Origin: Schmidtea polychroa
Taxonomy: Eukaryota
Assembly (NCBI GenBank): GCA_044892525.1
Contig: CM097885.1
Span: forward strand, 16,308,001 to 16,372,000
Reading direction: 5' to 3'
Length of the DNA stretch: 64,000 nucleotides
The position numbers and the translations under genes were made by a program. Under the pieces are notes generated by a model. The model saw nothing but the letters and a program-made list of their open reading frames with translations. It ran no database searches and was not told the DNA's origin. Positions within the stretch are counted from its first letter, which is position 1; each line of letters begins with the position of its first letter. Below are positions 10,101 to 21,800 of the stretch, in pieces.

Positions 10101-11128
10101 TTGGAATAGTTTTTAAACCTCATATTAGCATTTTTCTTGTGTGGCATTTTTATTAAAGCAGGTTGATTCTTACAACAGAGTCTCTCATGTTTAATAGCAG
10201 CAAGTTTTGAACTTGAATGATATAAACATCTTTTACAACATATGCCTCCACGAATGAGTGTGTTTCCTTTCATAAAACTTTGAAAATTCTTTATTAAGAT
10301 ATAATGAAGTTTTTTATCTAACATAGTGCCTCCGGACGCAGTGCTTTCTGCTTCTGGTTCTAATGAAATGCCTTCTTCTGCTTCTCTTTTCGGGTGAACG
10401 CTTTGAACCTCTTCACCATATTCTTCTCCATCAAAGTCTTCATCTGGTTTACCTTCTTCTAATATTAAAAGATCTACTTCTCTCTTTTCATCTGAGATTT
10501 CCATATTAGAAATGTAAATAGGAATAATGTGTTTATAATTTTTATTTTTTCTAGTTTTTGTAATTTTGGTTGGAATGAATTGATAAATATTAATTTTAAG
10601 ATTATTTAATTTTTCAAATGCTGGAACATCTTCAATTTTCATTGGGTGGGAAAAATCTTTTGGATATATTAATTCAGATTCATATTCTTCATATTTTTGA
10701 ACTCTCTGTGGGTTAGTTGCTTGAGGATGTAAGTGTGCAAGTATTGACCATTGAAAACATTTATTATCTTTATTCTGTACATTTATAACATGGTTGGAGG
10801 TGAATGGTGTATGAATAAAAGATTTAGGATTTGGTGGTGCACCTCTCCAGTATTCAATCTCTATGTTTTGAAAAGAGTGGAATCTTAAATTAGATTCTCC
10901 TAGTTCTTGTTCCACCTGTTCTTGTTTTTCTTCCAATTCTTTAGCTATATCATTAACAAGTTTATTTCCTGCTTTTGTAGAAAATAAATATTTATATGAG
11001 GTTTCAATTTTTACATCTAGAGGCATTGCGATCGAATCATCTCCTCTCCAGTATTTTGCATTTCCTGTAAATTTAACTTTTATAACATTAAATCTTGATC
11101 TACCAAATTTTTTTATAGCATCATCCAT
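7199..11128 (-). CDS. Protein-primed family B DNA polymerase (pPolB)
   Basis: Exonuclease motifs YCDFE, FHNLFGYD, YLSLDV; polymerase motifs YIDATALY, KLLNNAVFGK, MDTDS; HCWMC...DHDH...HKNCN Zn insert. Confidence 0.97.
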   Translation of the reverse strand: MDDAIKKFGRSRFNVIKVKFTGNAKYWRGDDSIAMPLDVKIETSYKYLFSTKAGNKLVNDIAKELEEKQEQVEQELGESNLRFHSFQNIEIEYWRGAPPNPKSFIHTPFTSNHVINVQNKDNKCFQWSILAHLHPQATNPQRVQKYEEYESELIYPKDFSHPMKIEDVPAFEKLNNLKINIYQFIPTKITKTRKNKNYKHIIPIYISNMEISDEKREVDLLILEEGKPDEDFDGEEYGEEVQSVHPKREAEEGISLEPEAESTASGGTMLDKKLHYILIKNFQSFMKGNTLIRGGICCKRCLYHSSSKLAAIKHERLCCKNQPALIKMPHKKNANMRFKNYSNLLEALGVVYCDFEAINVKLRRTKTNTVKLTKQLPSAYKMFFKSNYPELVESREYSFRGTSDKETLDHFVETLNNLEHELYIILKSNFPMNFSEEQEEEYKNATHCWMCKQEFEDEESTSELKVPDHDHFKIENNYRGAAHKNCNLNCKKPTHIPFIFHNLFGYDIHLFIKHLAANAKNSFKVIGLTKEKYKSIQYGCFKFLDSLNFLGMSLDGIAKTMNPEDFKYTKEHVLLKNNIPLEEYNTCLAKGIYPYDYIDSFEKYNELLPAQEDFFSVLTQSGISDQEYSRALKMWNLFNCRNLGEYTDMYLSLDVYILADCFETFSKAFELKPYNYITAPSLAWDILLYSIWTDEDIAERNKTIELLVDLDMFNVYKHNIRGGISSVQGNREINANNFTTLYPKFFKDTDALYVEITNPEDREEILEGLSNPSEIMYIDATALYAGVMTQYLPIGKFTWEEPTEELIQEILKTPKNSQYGYVIECDLEYPNEIKSRTRFFPFAPVRRKISTEELSDWQMAQDRSPCIKLLCDQTDKTDYLCHYRLLQFYLSHGMVLKKVHSIIKFRQAPFMKKFIEGNILKRNAAKRAGNAFLDMIYKLLNNAVFGKTMENIDKYTRVELLTNTSKDLNRYNRIIGKPTFKNAEIFSSNLIAIEIKNSVKTYNKPIFIGFSILELSKLQMYEAYYDVLVPHFGDRISMHAMDTDSMFLKGYSKDLKKEIREDPTLNKLINNSGELFTFKDEKPNTPITGGVFIRPKQYSLEMKDKPIMKEHTIKFIIEGSVEVDRTFEYPSFPENPKSYKENKSKGIQKSVSKTFTHQEYKDSLNINYKNKIAKTHHLKSEKHNIYLEECNKIAITNYDDKRFILSDLKTTLPIGNDLIPIIKNLDKINEIYNLEITDLQLAKVEIQYPEILIPKPLYNQVQNIKPIELKYFNTDPEYIQGLTPEDFKSHKLMLKSITAEIIINQLRLV

Positions 11129-11136
11129 TGATGATA

Positions 11137-11580
11137 TTATTTTTTTTTATTTTCTCTTATATATTGCATGATTGATCTGGGTCCTCGTTTTACTTCTGCA
11201 ATTACATCGGTGTGATTGAAGTCATCCCAATTAAACTCTAGTTTTTCAGCTTTTTCAGTCATTGAGTTTGAATCAGAATCTTTTGCTTCAAGACCACAAT
11301 CTTCTATGTGTCTTAAGTAAAAAGATTTTATCCTCATCTTTTTTCCACATGCTGAACATTCGAATATTTCTCTGTTTTTAGGAACTCCAATACAATTTTT
11401 AAAATGTTTCTTATAACCTGAAAATAAATATCTATCCTTACATTTAGTACAGATTTTGGAATTAGTGTCATCTAGTGTGTTAGCTTTTATTAAATGGTCT
11501 TTTGATTTTTTATGAGATGTTAAAGCAGTTTTATTTTTAAAATATTTTTCACAAATTTCACAATTGAAAATAGCTTCCAT
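11137..11580 (-). CDS. Zn-finger protein, probably the N-terminus of pPolB split by a 1-nt frameshift
   Basis: Three CxxC...H fingers. One extra A in the A9 run (11140-11148) fuses ENKKK-IISS-MDDAIK in frame with pPolB. Confidence 0.75.
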   Translation of the reverse strand: MEAIFNCEICEKYFKNKTALTSHKKSKDHLIKANTLDDTNSKICTKCKDRYLFSGYKKHFKNCIGVPKNREIFECSACGKKMRIKSFYLRHIEDCGLEAKDSDSNSMTEKAEKLEFNWDDFNHTDVIAEVKRGPRSIMQYIRENKKK

Positions 11581-11683
11581 TTTTAAAAGAATTTTTTGGT
11601 TGGATACGATGTTTTGGTTTTGATATTAATTTTTATTAATTTTTAAATCCTTATAACGTTAAATCCTTAAATCCTTAAGACCA

Positions 11684-11929
11684 AGTAGTGAGGAATCTAT
11701 GCACCCCGTTACCTTTTCTCGGAATTACTAATCTATAAATACATCTATTCCGAACTTTTTTACTTTTAAGGGAAGAAATTAAGGGTTAATGGCAATAGGG
11801 GACAAAGTTTAAAAGTTAAAAAAAGTGGAGAATATGGGGTAAAAAAGCATATAAATGTGGAAAATATGGGTCAATAGCGCTGTTTTTTTTTAGGGTGGGG
11901 GTGCTGGGGTGCATAGATTCCTCACTACT
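11684..11929. repeat. Right terminus of Polinton A with a perfect 24-bp internal inverted repeat
   Basis: AGTAGTGAGGAATCTATGCACCCC (11684-11707) is the exact reverse complement of 11906-11929. Confidence 0.9.
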
Positions 11930-12459
11930 GACTGCCCCAACCACGACACACTTAAATACAATTTAATTCAAATTCAAATTTCATTTAATCACCAGATAGT
12001 TCAGTTTTGGAATTGAGGGGAAGATGATGATGAGAAGATGAGCGGACAATCCAAAAATGCAATTTATTTAAATGAAACTAGTTGAAAAGAAAAAAAGGGT
12101 GTATTTTTGAATATATCTTAAAACTTTACGTTAGAGACATGCATGAAATTGAGTGTAATATTGCTTGACTATTGACACCAAAATACATGAATATCCATCC
12201 ACTGGTTTTACTCCAGGTCACGCCATATTATAACAACTTCTAAATATTATGATAATCACACCAGTCTTATATGATAGAATTAAAATCGTATACTTCAACA
12301 TATGACAAGACAGCGAATAACATCAGCATTAAATGCCAAAATATAAAAACTTTCATATATTATCAAACATAGTTAATCTTATTTTATAAAAATAAAATCA
12401 TATTCTTCAACATTTGGTGGGACAAAGAACAAAAGCTTTAATAAAATAATTAGAAAATT

Positions 12460-15400
12460 TTTGAAAAAATATGTAGGTCAGAGGAGATGTCCTTCATGTT
12501 ATGTTCATTAAAGTAATTAATTCTCTCTTTATATTTGATTTCAAGTTGGTATAGGTCTTCCATAAGTACGATTTTTGCATGTATCCCATATTTCCTACGA
12601 AGCAGATCGACAGATTTCCTGAATTTCGAGAAGATGGAATGAGTTGGAAAGGATTTAGAGATGTTACCATTAATCCACTATATTGCAGCTTCGAGGTTGC
12701 CTTGGCCACGTGCTAACGCAAGTTCTGAGAGGACAAGATTACGAAAGGTGAGATCTGATGAGTTTAGAGCACGTGAGAGGTGTACTATGCTTTGTATGAT
12801 ATATTCGTCAATTGCAGCGGTAAGACCAATTCCGCCCATTTTTAAAGAGGCGTATAGGAAGTTGTTGTTAAATTGCAAGAGTTTATCCCCCAGAGAGGTT
12901 TTTATCATTTTTCTTATCTTATTGTCAAAACCTTTTTGGGGGACACGATCTTTTATGATGGTATCCTTATGAGAGTCTAGTATTTTATGGAGAATTTCAC
13001 AATTACGGAAAGGAAAGATCAATCGAGAGTGTATGAATATCTTGAAGGCATTAATCTTCTGAGATGGGTGAAGATGTGAGTTTAGGATTTTTTCGGTATC
13101 ATTAATAGCGAGTTCAAGTCTTTCATCAATGTTGTGTCTTTTCTTATAGGCAAAGTCTACTCCTAGGTATCTGTAGAAGTTTGAGTCATCTACTTTTGGA
13201 ATAATCTCATTATATAGTTTAATTGGTTGGTGGTCATTTAGGTGGAAGTAACCAGATTTCGAAGGTTTAAATTTTAGATTGGCTAGTGAGGCGAGACGAA
13301 TAGTTTCAAGGAGAGCAGAGGTGATTGATGGGTAAGAGTCTGAGATCAGTACGATGTCATCCGCGTATGCTAAAATACCAATATTCATATCACCAAACAT
13401 GAAGGGGTGAGAGAGAAGGATATTTTTAATAATATAGTCGATAGAGAGGCAGAAAAGAGTCATGGAGAGTGGGCATCCTTGTTTCACTCCTTTCAGGATG
13501 GGGACTGAGGGCGATTTTTCACCTTCGCAGTCAAAGATGGTCTTAACATTGTCGTACATATTGTTTATCAGCCTAATGGTGTTAGGGTGTAAACCTATTG
13601 TAGAGAGAGTATGCCAGATGAGGTCATGTGGTAAAGAGCCAAAGGCATCAGTGATATCCAGCCAGACAATATGAAGGTCTGATTTGTTTCGTATGGAGGC
13701 ATCCTTAATGAGTTTAAGGATAAGATTGTGTTCAGCGCATCCATCGGGAGTGCCGATTGCTTTCTGATTTTTTGAGATAAGATTACCCTCTTTGATCCAT
13801 CCAAGGAGTCTGTTATTAAGAAGTGAGGAGAAAACGCGGTATGCTGTATTCATGATGGAGATCGGTCTCCATGAGCTGGCCTCGTGGCTTATCTCATTCT
13901 TACCGGCTTTGAGGATGAGTTTTGTTCGGAAGGTTTTCCATGTAGATGGACAGAGGGAACTCCTTTGGATGTTATTACATATAGAGAGAAGAAGTTCGAA
14001 GTCTGGTGATATTTTTTTCCAATTGGCAAGTGTGATAAGATCTAAGCCTGGAGCGGTATTGTCAAGATTGGAGAAGATGTATTTGATCTCATCAGTATCA
14101 AAGGGAGTAGAGGAGTGATTTTCTGGGAAGGAGCAAAGGAGGTTAATAGAGAGCGGATTTGAGGTGACTAATTTCCCTGCAAACAGTTTGAGAATATTGG
14201 TCATAGTAGGTTTTTGAAAGTTACATTCATTATTTAGGATCTTAGAGATCTCCTCCTTGGGGTCAAATTTGTATCTGTTCCTTTTAATAACTAATAGTTC
14301 GTTGTCAAGTTTTTTCCTCTTATGAATGATGTCAGCCGGTTTTTTATTATTGTATTTTAAGGCATTAATATTTTCATTTATCTTTTCTATTTCACAGAGG
14401 ACTGTATCGCAGTCGGTCGCATCTGTATTTAAATTAATTATGGGGCTATTGATGAATGGTCGATATTTTCGAACATCATCACTAGCAATTCTATTATTTA
14501 AAATTTTATTGATGATAATTTTGATTCTATTAATCATATTCTGGATACTAGGCGAGGTAATCCTATCATTTTTCATCAGGCATTCTATCATGTGACATAC
14601 AAAAAAGGCTGATTCATTAGGAGTGCTGCATCTAGGGTATTCAAGGTATTGGAGTTGTATGTCGATAGGAGAAACAATTTTTTGTAAGTCCAAGATGGTT
14701 TCAAGAATGCTATTGGCAAGGGAATGATGAGTAGAGAGGCTTTCATCGGTTAAAGGGTCAATAAGAACTGCGAGTTGTCGATGCTTATCTAGAAAGAAGA
14801 AAAACCAGTTGTCTTTAGCATGACACATTGGCATTATGATCTCGTTCCAATCGGAGAAATCTTTGAAAGGAAAGGTTTCGAAGAAGGTTTTGAAGTTATG
14901 TTGTATTAGGGCATTACCTATATAAGGGTCTACAAAGATAGCAGTTGGTCTGATGGCAAAAGAAAAGATGAAAGCCTTAATAGTATGTTGTGACCATCAT
15001 GTGGTCTCTTTATCAATGTTATTGGAGAATAGAATATTGTCAGGTATGTCTCTCGAGACGATTTCATTATTTGGGGTTATTTTGGGGTTTTGGGTATCCA
15101 GAATATCAATAAAGAGATTATTTTTATTAGTATTATTTAATTCATTTGTATTGGTATATTGATCAATATTGTTTGGGCTGTTGGGGTGATTACCCTCGAT
15201 ATGGTTTTTGGAGTCTTGATATTTTATCCACTCTCCACAAAAGCAATAGATTTTTAAGTTAATGTCGAATTTTAAATTTTTATGGTGTTTTGACTTATGT
15301 GTGCTTATTGTATCTAAGGGGGTGTCAATGTCGAATGTTTGGAAGCACTTGTTGCAGTTTTTGTTTAGATTGTGGCATAAAAAACGGTTTGTGGAAGCAA

Positions 15401-16928
15401 TTTTCAGGGTAATAATCTTAAGGAAGTCCTTGCTGACGCTACAGTGGTGTTCAAATTGATCAATGTGATTATATAGGTTTCTAAGGGTGATGGTGTTCAG
15501 GATAGATCTGCTTCCTTCCCCTTTGGGTCTACATTGGAGGCAGTCAATCAAAGAGTCGTAGGTTATAGCGATGTTGTGAATTTCTTGGGCGTGTGACCTA
15601 ATCCTATCAATATCAGTGGCAGAAATTTGTCCACAAAAAGAAGTATGGTGGCATCCACGACACTGTACTTTGCCCCGTAGATCAAAGTAGTATAATATTT
15701 CATTATTTATGTCTTTGGACATTGTATCTTTATTTATTATAGTTTTTCTCGTCTTTATGAGATCTAAGGTGGGGGGGGGTTTAAGAGTGTACGTTTTACC
15801 TCTAACCTCTAGGCTTTTTTGGAATTTTATGTCGTTTCTGTGGTGGATGGGAGTGGATGTGGTTGCGTACTTTGGTGTCTCTTTATCAGAGGGTATAGTG
15901 TCTTTCAGGTTTATAAGGTTTGGTGATTTACGTTCAGTGTTTTCGACAGGGATAAGCCTTTTAGGAATAGGGGACGATCTATCAAGGTCAATGTTTTCGG
16001 AGGAATAAAAGTTGTAGGTTTTCTTTTCTTGCCTAACAGGGGTTATGGTTGCAGAGTCATCTAGCGGTGATGGTCTAACTGAGGGATATATTTTGGGTTC
16101 CTCAATTGAGTCGGTAGGTAGGGTAAGGTTATAAGAGTTGGATTTCTCAGGCAGAGGAGGTGAGGGGTTGTTAGTAGGAAGGGCTAAGAGAGGGGCGTTT
16201 GAGGAAGGAGGTTCATTGGTAGAGCTTTGGTCAGAGGCACTGCTAGAGAGTACGACGTCATCACAGTCGGAGTTGAATAGATCGCTTGGGTATTCTGGAG
16301 GTCTAACATCCTCTCGGTCTGATATAAGGGATTCTATTGTGTCGTCAAAGTAGCAACTATAATGTGAGGTATCTATACTAATTTTGGATTGTTTCGAGGA
16401 GGAAGTGTCTATTTCAGAGTCATTGGGGATTGATGAGCTGTAGGTTGATGAGTTGTCCCCATCTATATTGGAAGAGACAAAATCGTATTTTGTGTTGAGA
16501 ACTTTTGTTCTCTGTACTTTCTTGAGCAAGTTTTCATTAGGGCGAATTTCTTTGGGAGCAAATGGGTTTGGAATTGGTTTTGAGTAGTGTGGTCTACGCG
16601 AGGTGTTGATGTTAGTCTTTTTGCTAGTGGACTGAATGTCAGGGTTGTTGCCTAGTTTTCTCGGTTGTCTTGGAAAATTGACAGATGTCTTAGGAGGTTC
16701 ATTAATCTCATGACTATTGGTTTCAATAAGGGCAGCATATCTATTATTTATTAGTCTATTATTCAGGTTGTTATTCTTCTTATGGGGGTAGGTGCTTTCA
16801 GGAAGAGTGGATACCATATCAGTGCTCAGGATACATTCAGGGGGTTCATCTCTGACAACGTTCACATTAGTGTCATAAATAATCTTTGAATTATCAAGCT
16901 TCCTTTCAACGTTGGTATTTAGTGGCAT
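12460..16928 (-). pseudogene. Retrotransposon polyprotein (Zn fingers, degenerate Ulp1-like protease, RT) with in-frame stops
   Basis: ORFs 14997-16928 and 12678-14834 share a frame and are separated by one TGA (ETT*WSQH). The frame continues past TAG 12678 to ~12460. No CCHC knuckle or PD..D endonuclease follows. Confidence 0.85.
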
Positions 16929-17312
16929 CTTGGGTAGTTCCCCCCGATTACTGTTATAAGCTTTATTTATTATATTATTATTAGATAAAATATTAGCAAA
17001 TAAATATGGGGTAAATTGTTTGTAATTTATTGATAGAATGTAAAAAAAATTTTTAATAATATAAAAGTTATTATTTCTATTATTATTTTTTAAATGACAG
17101 TGTAAATCCTTGAATAGTTTTCTAATTAAATTTTTTAGGATGTCATATGAATTTTGATTTATTTTGGTTATCGTATTATATAGGTTTGGTATTAAGTTAA
17201 TATTGAATGGCGTAGTTTCTTTAGTATTATAGGTATTTAATATATCTATTTAAATGAGGTAATTCGTGTTGAGGTCAATAAAAATGGATCTATATATTTG
17301 CGGGAGACTTTC

Positions 17313-18560
17313 TTATATTATCTTTTTAAGGAATATGAATTGTTTAGTCAATTCTCTGAAAAAATTATCGCCTATATTTCCTAGGTATATAAAGTTGACC
17401 TGAGTCGTGGTATTTGCTGGGTTCAGAAGGGGTTTATCGATGGAATGTGAAATAGGTTTAGAGCTAAGGCTGGTATTCTTATTAAGGTTTAAAATTTTGG
17501 CATACTTCATAGTTGGGACACGGTTGGGTGTAAGTTTATATGGGTCAATAGTTGGTCTAGTACTAACATTCTCTGGGAGTCGGCCTCTGGCCGACGAGCT
17601 GCGTAGCAGTATCCTTTCGTCCTCCGTCGGAGGACGAAAAATTTTTTTGCTTTCATAATTTCTGGAATAATTTTGGTCTTTTTTAAACAAATCTTTTTTA
17701 ATTAAATTATCGCCATTTTTAAATTTATTTAATTTGGTATTAATGTTATTATTATTTAAATTACTTTTTTCATTTAAAAAATATGATTTTATGTTTACGG
17801 ATTTATTCTTTTTAAGGTTTTTCTTTACTAGGTTTTTATAATTATTATTCTTAATTTTATTTTGATTAAAGATTTTATCTTTATTAAATTTCACGTGTTT
17901 ATTTCTATTATCATTTAAATATTTATGTTTATCAAGTAGTTCGTTTTCATAAAATGGGGATTTATTTCTACTTTTATTTTTATTATTATATATATTTAAA
18001 TAATTAATTCTTTTATTGGTATTATCTTCATTAAATAAAGAGTTATAATTTTCATTTAAATTATCATTACTATATATTACATTTTCATTAATTCTTTTAT
18101 TATTATGAAGTTCATTTAAATATTTATGTTTATCAAGTAGTTCGTTTTCATAAAATGGGGATTTATTTCTACTTTTATTTTTATTATCATATACATTCAA
18201 ATAATTAATTCTTTTATTGGTATTATTTTCATTAAATAAAGAGTTATAATTTTCATTTAAATTATCATTACTATATATTACATTTTCATTGGTTCTTTTA
18301 TTATTATGAAGTTCATTTAAGTAATCATTATTATAATGCATTATATTTTCATTAATTCTATTATTAGTATGAGATTCACTTAAATAATTATTTCTATTAT
18401 ACATTACATTACTATTGAAATTAAAGTTAGAATTGTAAAGATAATTCTGATCATTAGTTACCTTCTTTTCCCATGTGTCCTTTATTCGAAATAAGGTGTT
18501 TATGAATTTATTGTGTTCATTTTGGTTGATAGGCATGCCTCTGCATTGGGGCATAACCAA
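17313..18560 (-). CDS. Asn-rich ORF upstream of the RT ORF (possible ORF1) with a 201-nt tandem duplication
   Basis: 415 open codons in very AT-rich DNA; a 67-aa unit is repeated twice (~17911-18320). Confidence 0.5.
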   Translation of the reverse strand: MVMPQCRGMPINQNEHNKFINTLFRIKDTWEKKVTNDQNYLYNSNFNFNSNVMYNRNNYLSESHTNNRINENIMHYNNDYLNELHNNKRTNENVIYSNDNLNENYNSLFNENNTNKRINYLNVYDNKNKSRNKSPFYENELLDKHKYLNELHNNKRINENVIYSNDNLNENYNSLFNEDNTNKRINYLNIYNNKNKSRNKSPFYENELLDKHKYLNDNRNKHVKFNKDKIFNQNKIKNNNYKNLVKKNLKKNKSVNIKSYFLNEKSNLNNNNINTKLNKFKNGDNLIKKDLFKKDQNYSRNYESKKIFRPPTEDERILLRSSSARGRLPENVSTRPTIDPYKLTPNRVPTMKYAKILNLNKNTSLSSKPISHSIDKPLLNPANTTTQVNFIYLGNIGDNFFRELTKQFIFLKKII

Positions 18561-18889
18561 GCAGTAGGCGTAATTGAATGCTTTCAGACGGCCTGTTGAA
18601 TCCTGTGTCCAATTCGGTTCCAGTATTCTAGTAGTGTATCGTCAGTTAGATAAATCCTTCCTGAAAGATAGTTAACGAGTTGATTAAAAATAGTGAACTC
18701 ATGGATTTCAGCCCAGTGCTGTATGAATGATATATCTGAGGATTTAAATTTTTTCACAAGCACAGATCATTACAACCATATATACATATACATCACAGGC
18801 CAAATGGCTTCAATAAATCCACACAAACACATATCATATTATATTATATATTATATATCATACCATTCTCTCCGGCAGCCCCTCATCTG

Positions 18890-21800
18890 AATTTCGCTTC
18901 GATGACAACCATTTTCTTTTTAGATCTGGACTTTCCAGATTTAGTTTTTGAATTGTTGACAGCTGGTGGTGGAGTAGGATTTGGTTTTTTCAATGTCTTA
19001 ATAATAATAATAATAATTAAAAAAAATTAATTAATTTTAATAATAAAATAATAATTAATTAAATAATAAATAAAATATAAGAAAAATAAATAATAATAAT
19101 AATAATATTTAAAATAATAAATAGTAATAATTAATAAAGTATTATTGAATAAAAATAATTATGAGCGATTATTAATTAATGTAAAATATATTAAAAATAA
19201 TTAATTAATTTTAATAAAATTATAAAAATTTAAATAATAAAATTTTAATAGTAGAGTAATAATAAAATCGAATTTTTATTATTAAAAAAAATATTAACAC
19301 AATTTAAATAATAGAATATAATTGATATTATTCAGTCTTAATAAAAATAAATAAATAATATTTAAAATAATACTTACAAAAAAATTAATATTAATAATTA
19401 ATAAAATATAATTAAAATTTTAATTTAAAAATAATATATAAAAATAATAAAAAATTAATAATAAAATAAAAAATATTAATAAAAATACATAAAAACTAAT
19501 AATATTTAAAATAATTAAAAAAAATATTAATAAAATGTGATTAAATAAAAACAATTGTTTAAGAAAATTAAATAATAGTAAGATATTGGAATTGAAAATT
19601 TTCAGTCTTAATAATAGTAATTAATTGAAAAAAAAATATATTAAAAATAATTTATTAAAAATATTACGAACAAAAATTAAATGATAATGGAATTTTTAGT
19701 CTTAATAATAATATATTTTAATAATAATTAATTAAATAATGAAATGAATAAAGTAATAATGAAATCTATTTTTTCCAGTCTTAATAATAATAATTAATAA
19801 TAAATAAAATATAATAAAAATTAAAAATAATATATAAAAATAATCAAATAATAAAAAATATTATTAAAAAATAAATATTAACAAAAATTTAATAATTAGA
19901 TGAAGTTGATAAATAAAAATACATAAAAACTAATAATATTTAAAATAATACTTACAAAAAAATTAACAAAAATAAAATAATAAAATGTCATAGAAATTAA
20001 TAATTAATAAATACAAATAATAATAAAATATATGATTAAATAATAATGATATAATAGTGAAAATCGATAGCTAACCTGCCAAGTGTCCGTTGCTTGATAG
20101 TCAGAAAGCTCCTGGCGTTTAGCGATAAATTCCAATACAAAATTGCAGGTGAACTTAGAATCGCCCAGCAACTGGATAGCCATTTCCATAACCTAGAGAA
20201 GGAAATCCAAAATCAAATCGAATCGCAACCCCTCGACACCCATTACCTCCTCATTTGGCACCTCCTTTAACAACTCGATCACAGTATTTAATTCAAACTC
20301 TTCGGAGAATTTAGCGAGCCTTTTCAAGCACCATTTAGTCAGCTGATCCACTGATCCGATTTCTTGCTTATAATTAGACGCAACTGGCGCTTGATGTTGT
20401 TGCTGCTGCTGCTGTCTATGAACCGGATTGATCGATGGCTATTTCATATTACAATTCCATTCCCCATAAATATATAACCATTTTACTTCGTTTATTTTGT
20501 GGTTCTGTGATTTAGAATTGCACTCGGCCGTCACCACCGCTGCTGGCACCACCACCTTATTATGTACAGGAACATCGCTGGGAATCATATCCCAGATCGA
20601 TTTGCCAACTGGGATCTGTGCAGGCTTGGATGTCTGCTTCAGCAATGACTCCTTGAATGACAACAAGAACAGAAATCATCATCTTCTTGTAATTTTATTC
20701 AATTTCAATTCATTACTGTCACTTTATTCGTTTCTATTTGATTAACTTTCATTGCTTTTTCTATTTCTTTAGTTTTCTTGGCTTTCAATGCTTCTTCGGC
20801 TTGGATTTCTACAAGTGATTTGGCTGCAGGAGAAACATTTTGAGACAAAGTTTGTCCTGATTTCCAAGTGGAAGGAGTTTCAGTTTTATTTTGACTGGTC
20901 TTTAAAATATTCCATTATAAACATTTGTATTATAATTACAGAGTAATTATTGGATTATTATTGAATTATTAATGAATAATTATTGGATTAATGGATAATT
21001 ATTGGATTAATGAATAATTATTGGATTAACGAATTATTATTGGATTAATGAATTATTATTGGATTAATGAATTGTTATTGGATTACAGAATTATTATTGG
21101 ATTAATGAATTAATATTGGATTATTATTGCATTAATGAATTATTAGTGTTATTATTGGATTATTGAGCTATTAATGAATTAAAGTAATTACTGTATAAAA
21201 AGTGCAAATTTAAAATCAATACAGAGAGAAAAATCCTGATATTGCCCATAATTTATTGAAACACGTGGAATTCAACATGCATTTAAATTCCCGACCAATC
21301 ACATGGAATCACGCGAGAATAACAATAATTTTTGCCCAAAATTTAAATAATATGAAAAAAATAAAATCAATTACTTCATTTGATAATTCTAATTTTTTTA
21401 AAACTTCATGTTGCTCTTTTGCTATTTTTTCTTTCAAAGTTTCTTCAGCCTGGATTTCCAGCAAAGATTTTGTTGCAATTACCGGAGGTTTAATCAAAGC
21501 TGGCATGTCATTTTTTATAGATTTTTCCTTTTCAGTAAATAACTTAATAAATATAAATTCAATTGAAATTGGTTCCTAGTTGGTAAATAACAAGATTACT
21601 GGAATTTTGTTTGATTCAGACAAATTTGTTGATTTTGATTGCTTATTTTTTCTATTACCTACTTCTACTATTTTCGGTTTTACTGTTCCATCAACTTTTA
21701 CTTTTAACTGAGATTCCTTTAGAGTTGGTAATTGTTCTTTTATTGATTTATCGGAATCTTTCATAACAACAGAACTGTCAGACAATTTATTTTCTGTGCC

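Larger units (their letters stand above)
1..11929. mobile_element. Polinton/Maverick (adintovirus-like) element A; continues beyond the window start
   Basis: Compact intronless cluster of rve integrase, A32-like ATPase, adenain-like protease, penton and protein-primed PolB, ending in ...CTCACTACT at 11929 (5'-AGTAGT tip typical of Polintons). Major capsid gene not seen in the window. Confidence 0.96.
12460..18600 (-). mobile_element. Non-LTR retrotransposon, NeSL/R2-like (RLE group), 3'-truncated; boundaries approximate
   Basis: RT motifs APGLD, WRPISI, LDITDAFGSLPH, GVKQGCPLS, LAYADD, YRYLG preceded by Cys/His fingers and a Ulp1-like domain. Confidence 0.85.

Noticed and set aside
11684..11929. 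An independent MITE inserted at the end of Polinton A
   Set aside because: No target-site duplication (AGACCA vs GACTGC); better read as part of the terminus.
20945..21180. CRISPR-like array
   Set aside because: Tandem units without unique spacers, no cas genes, and eukaryotic intronic context.
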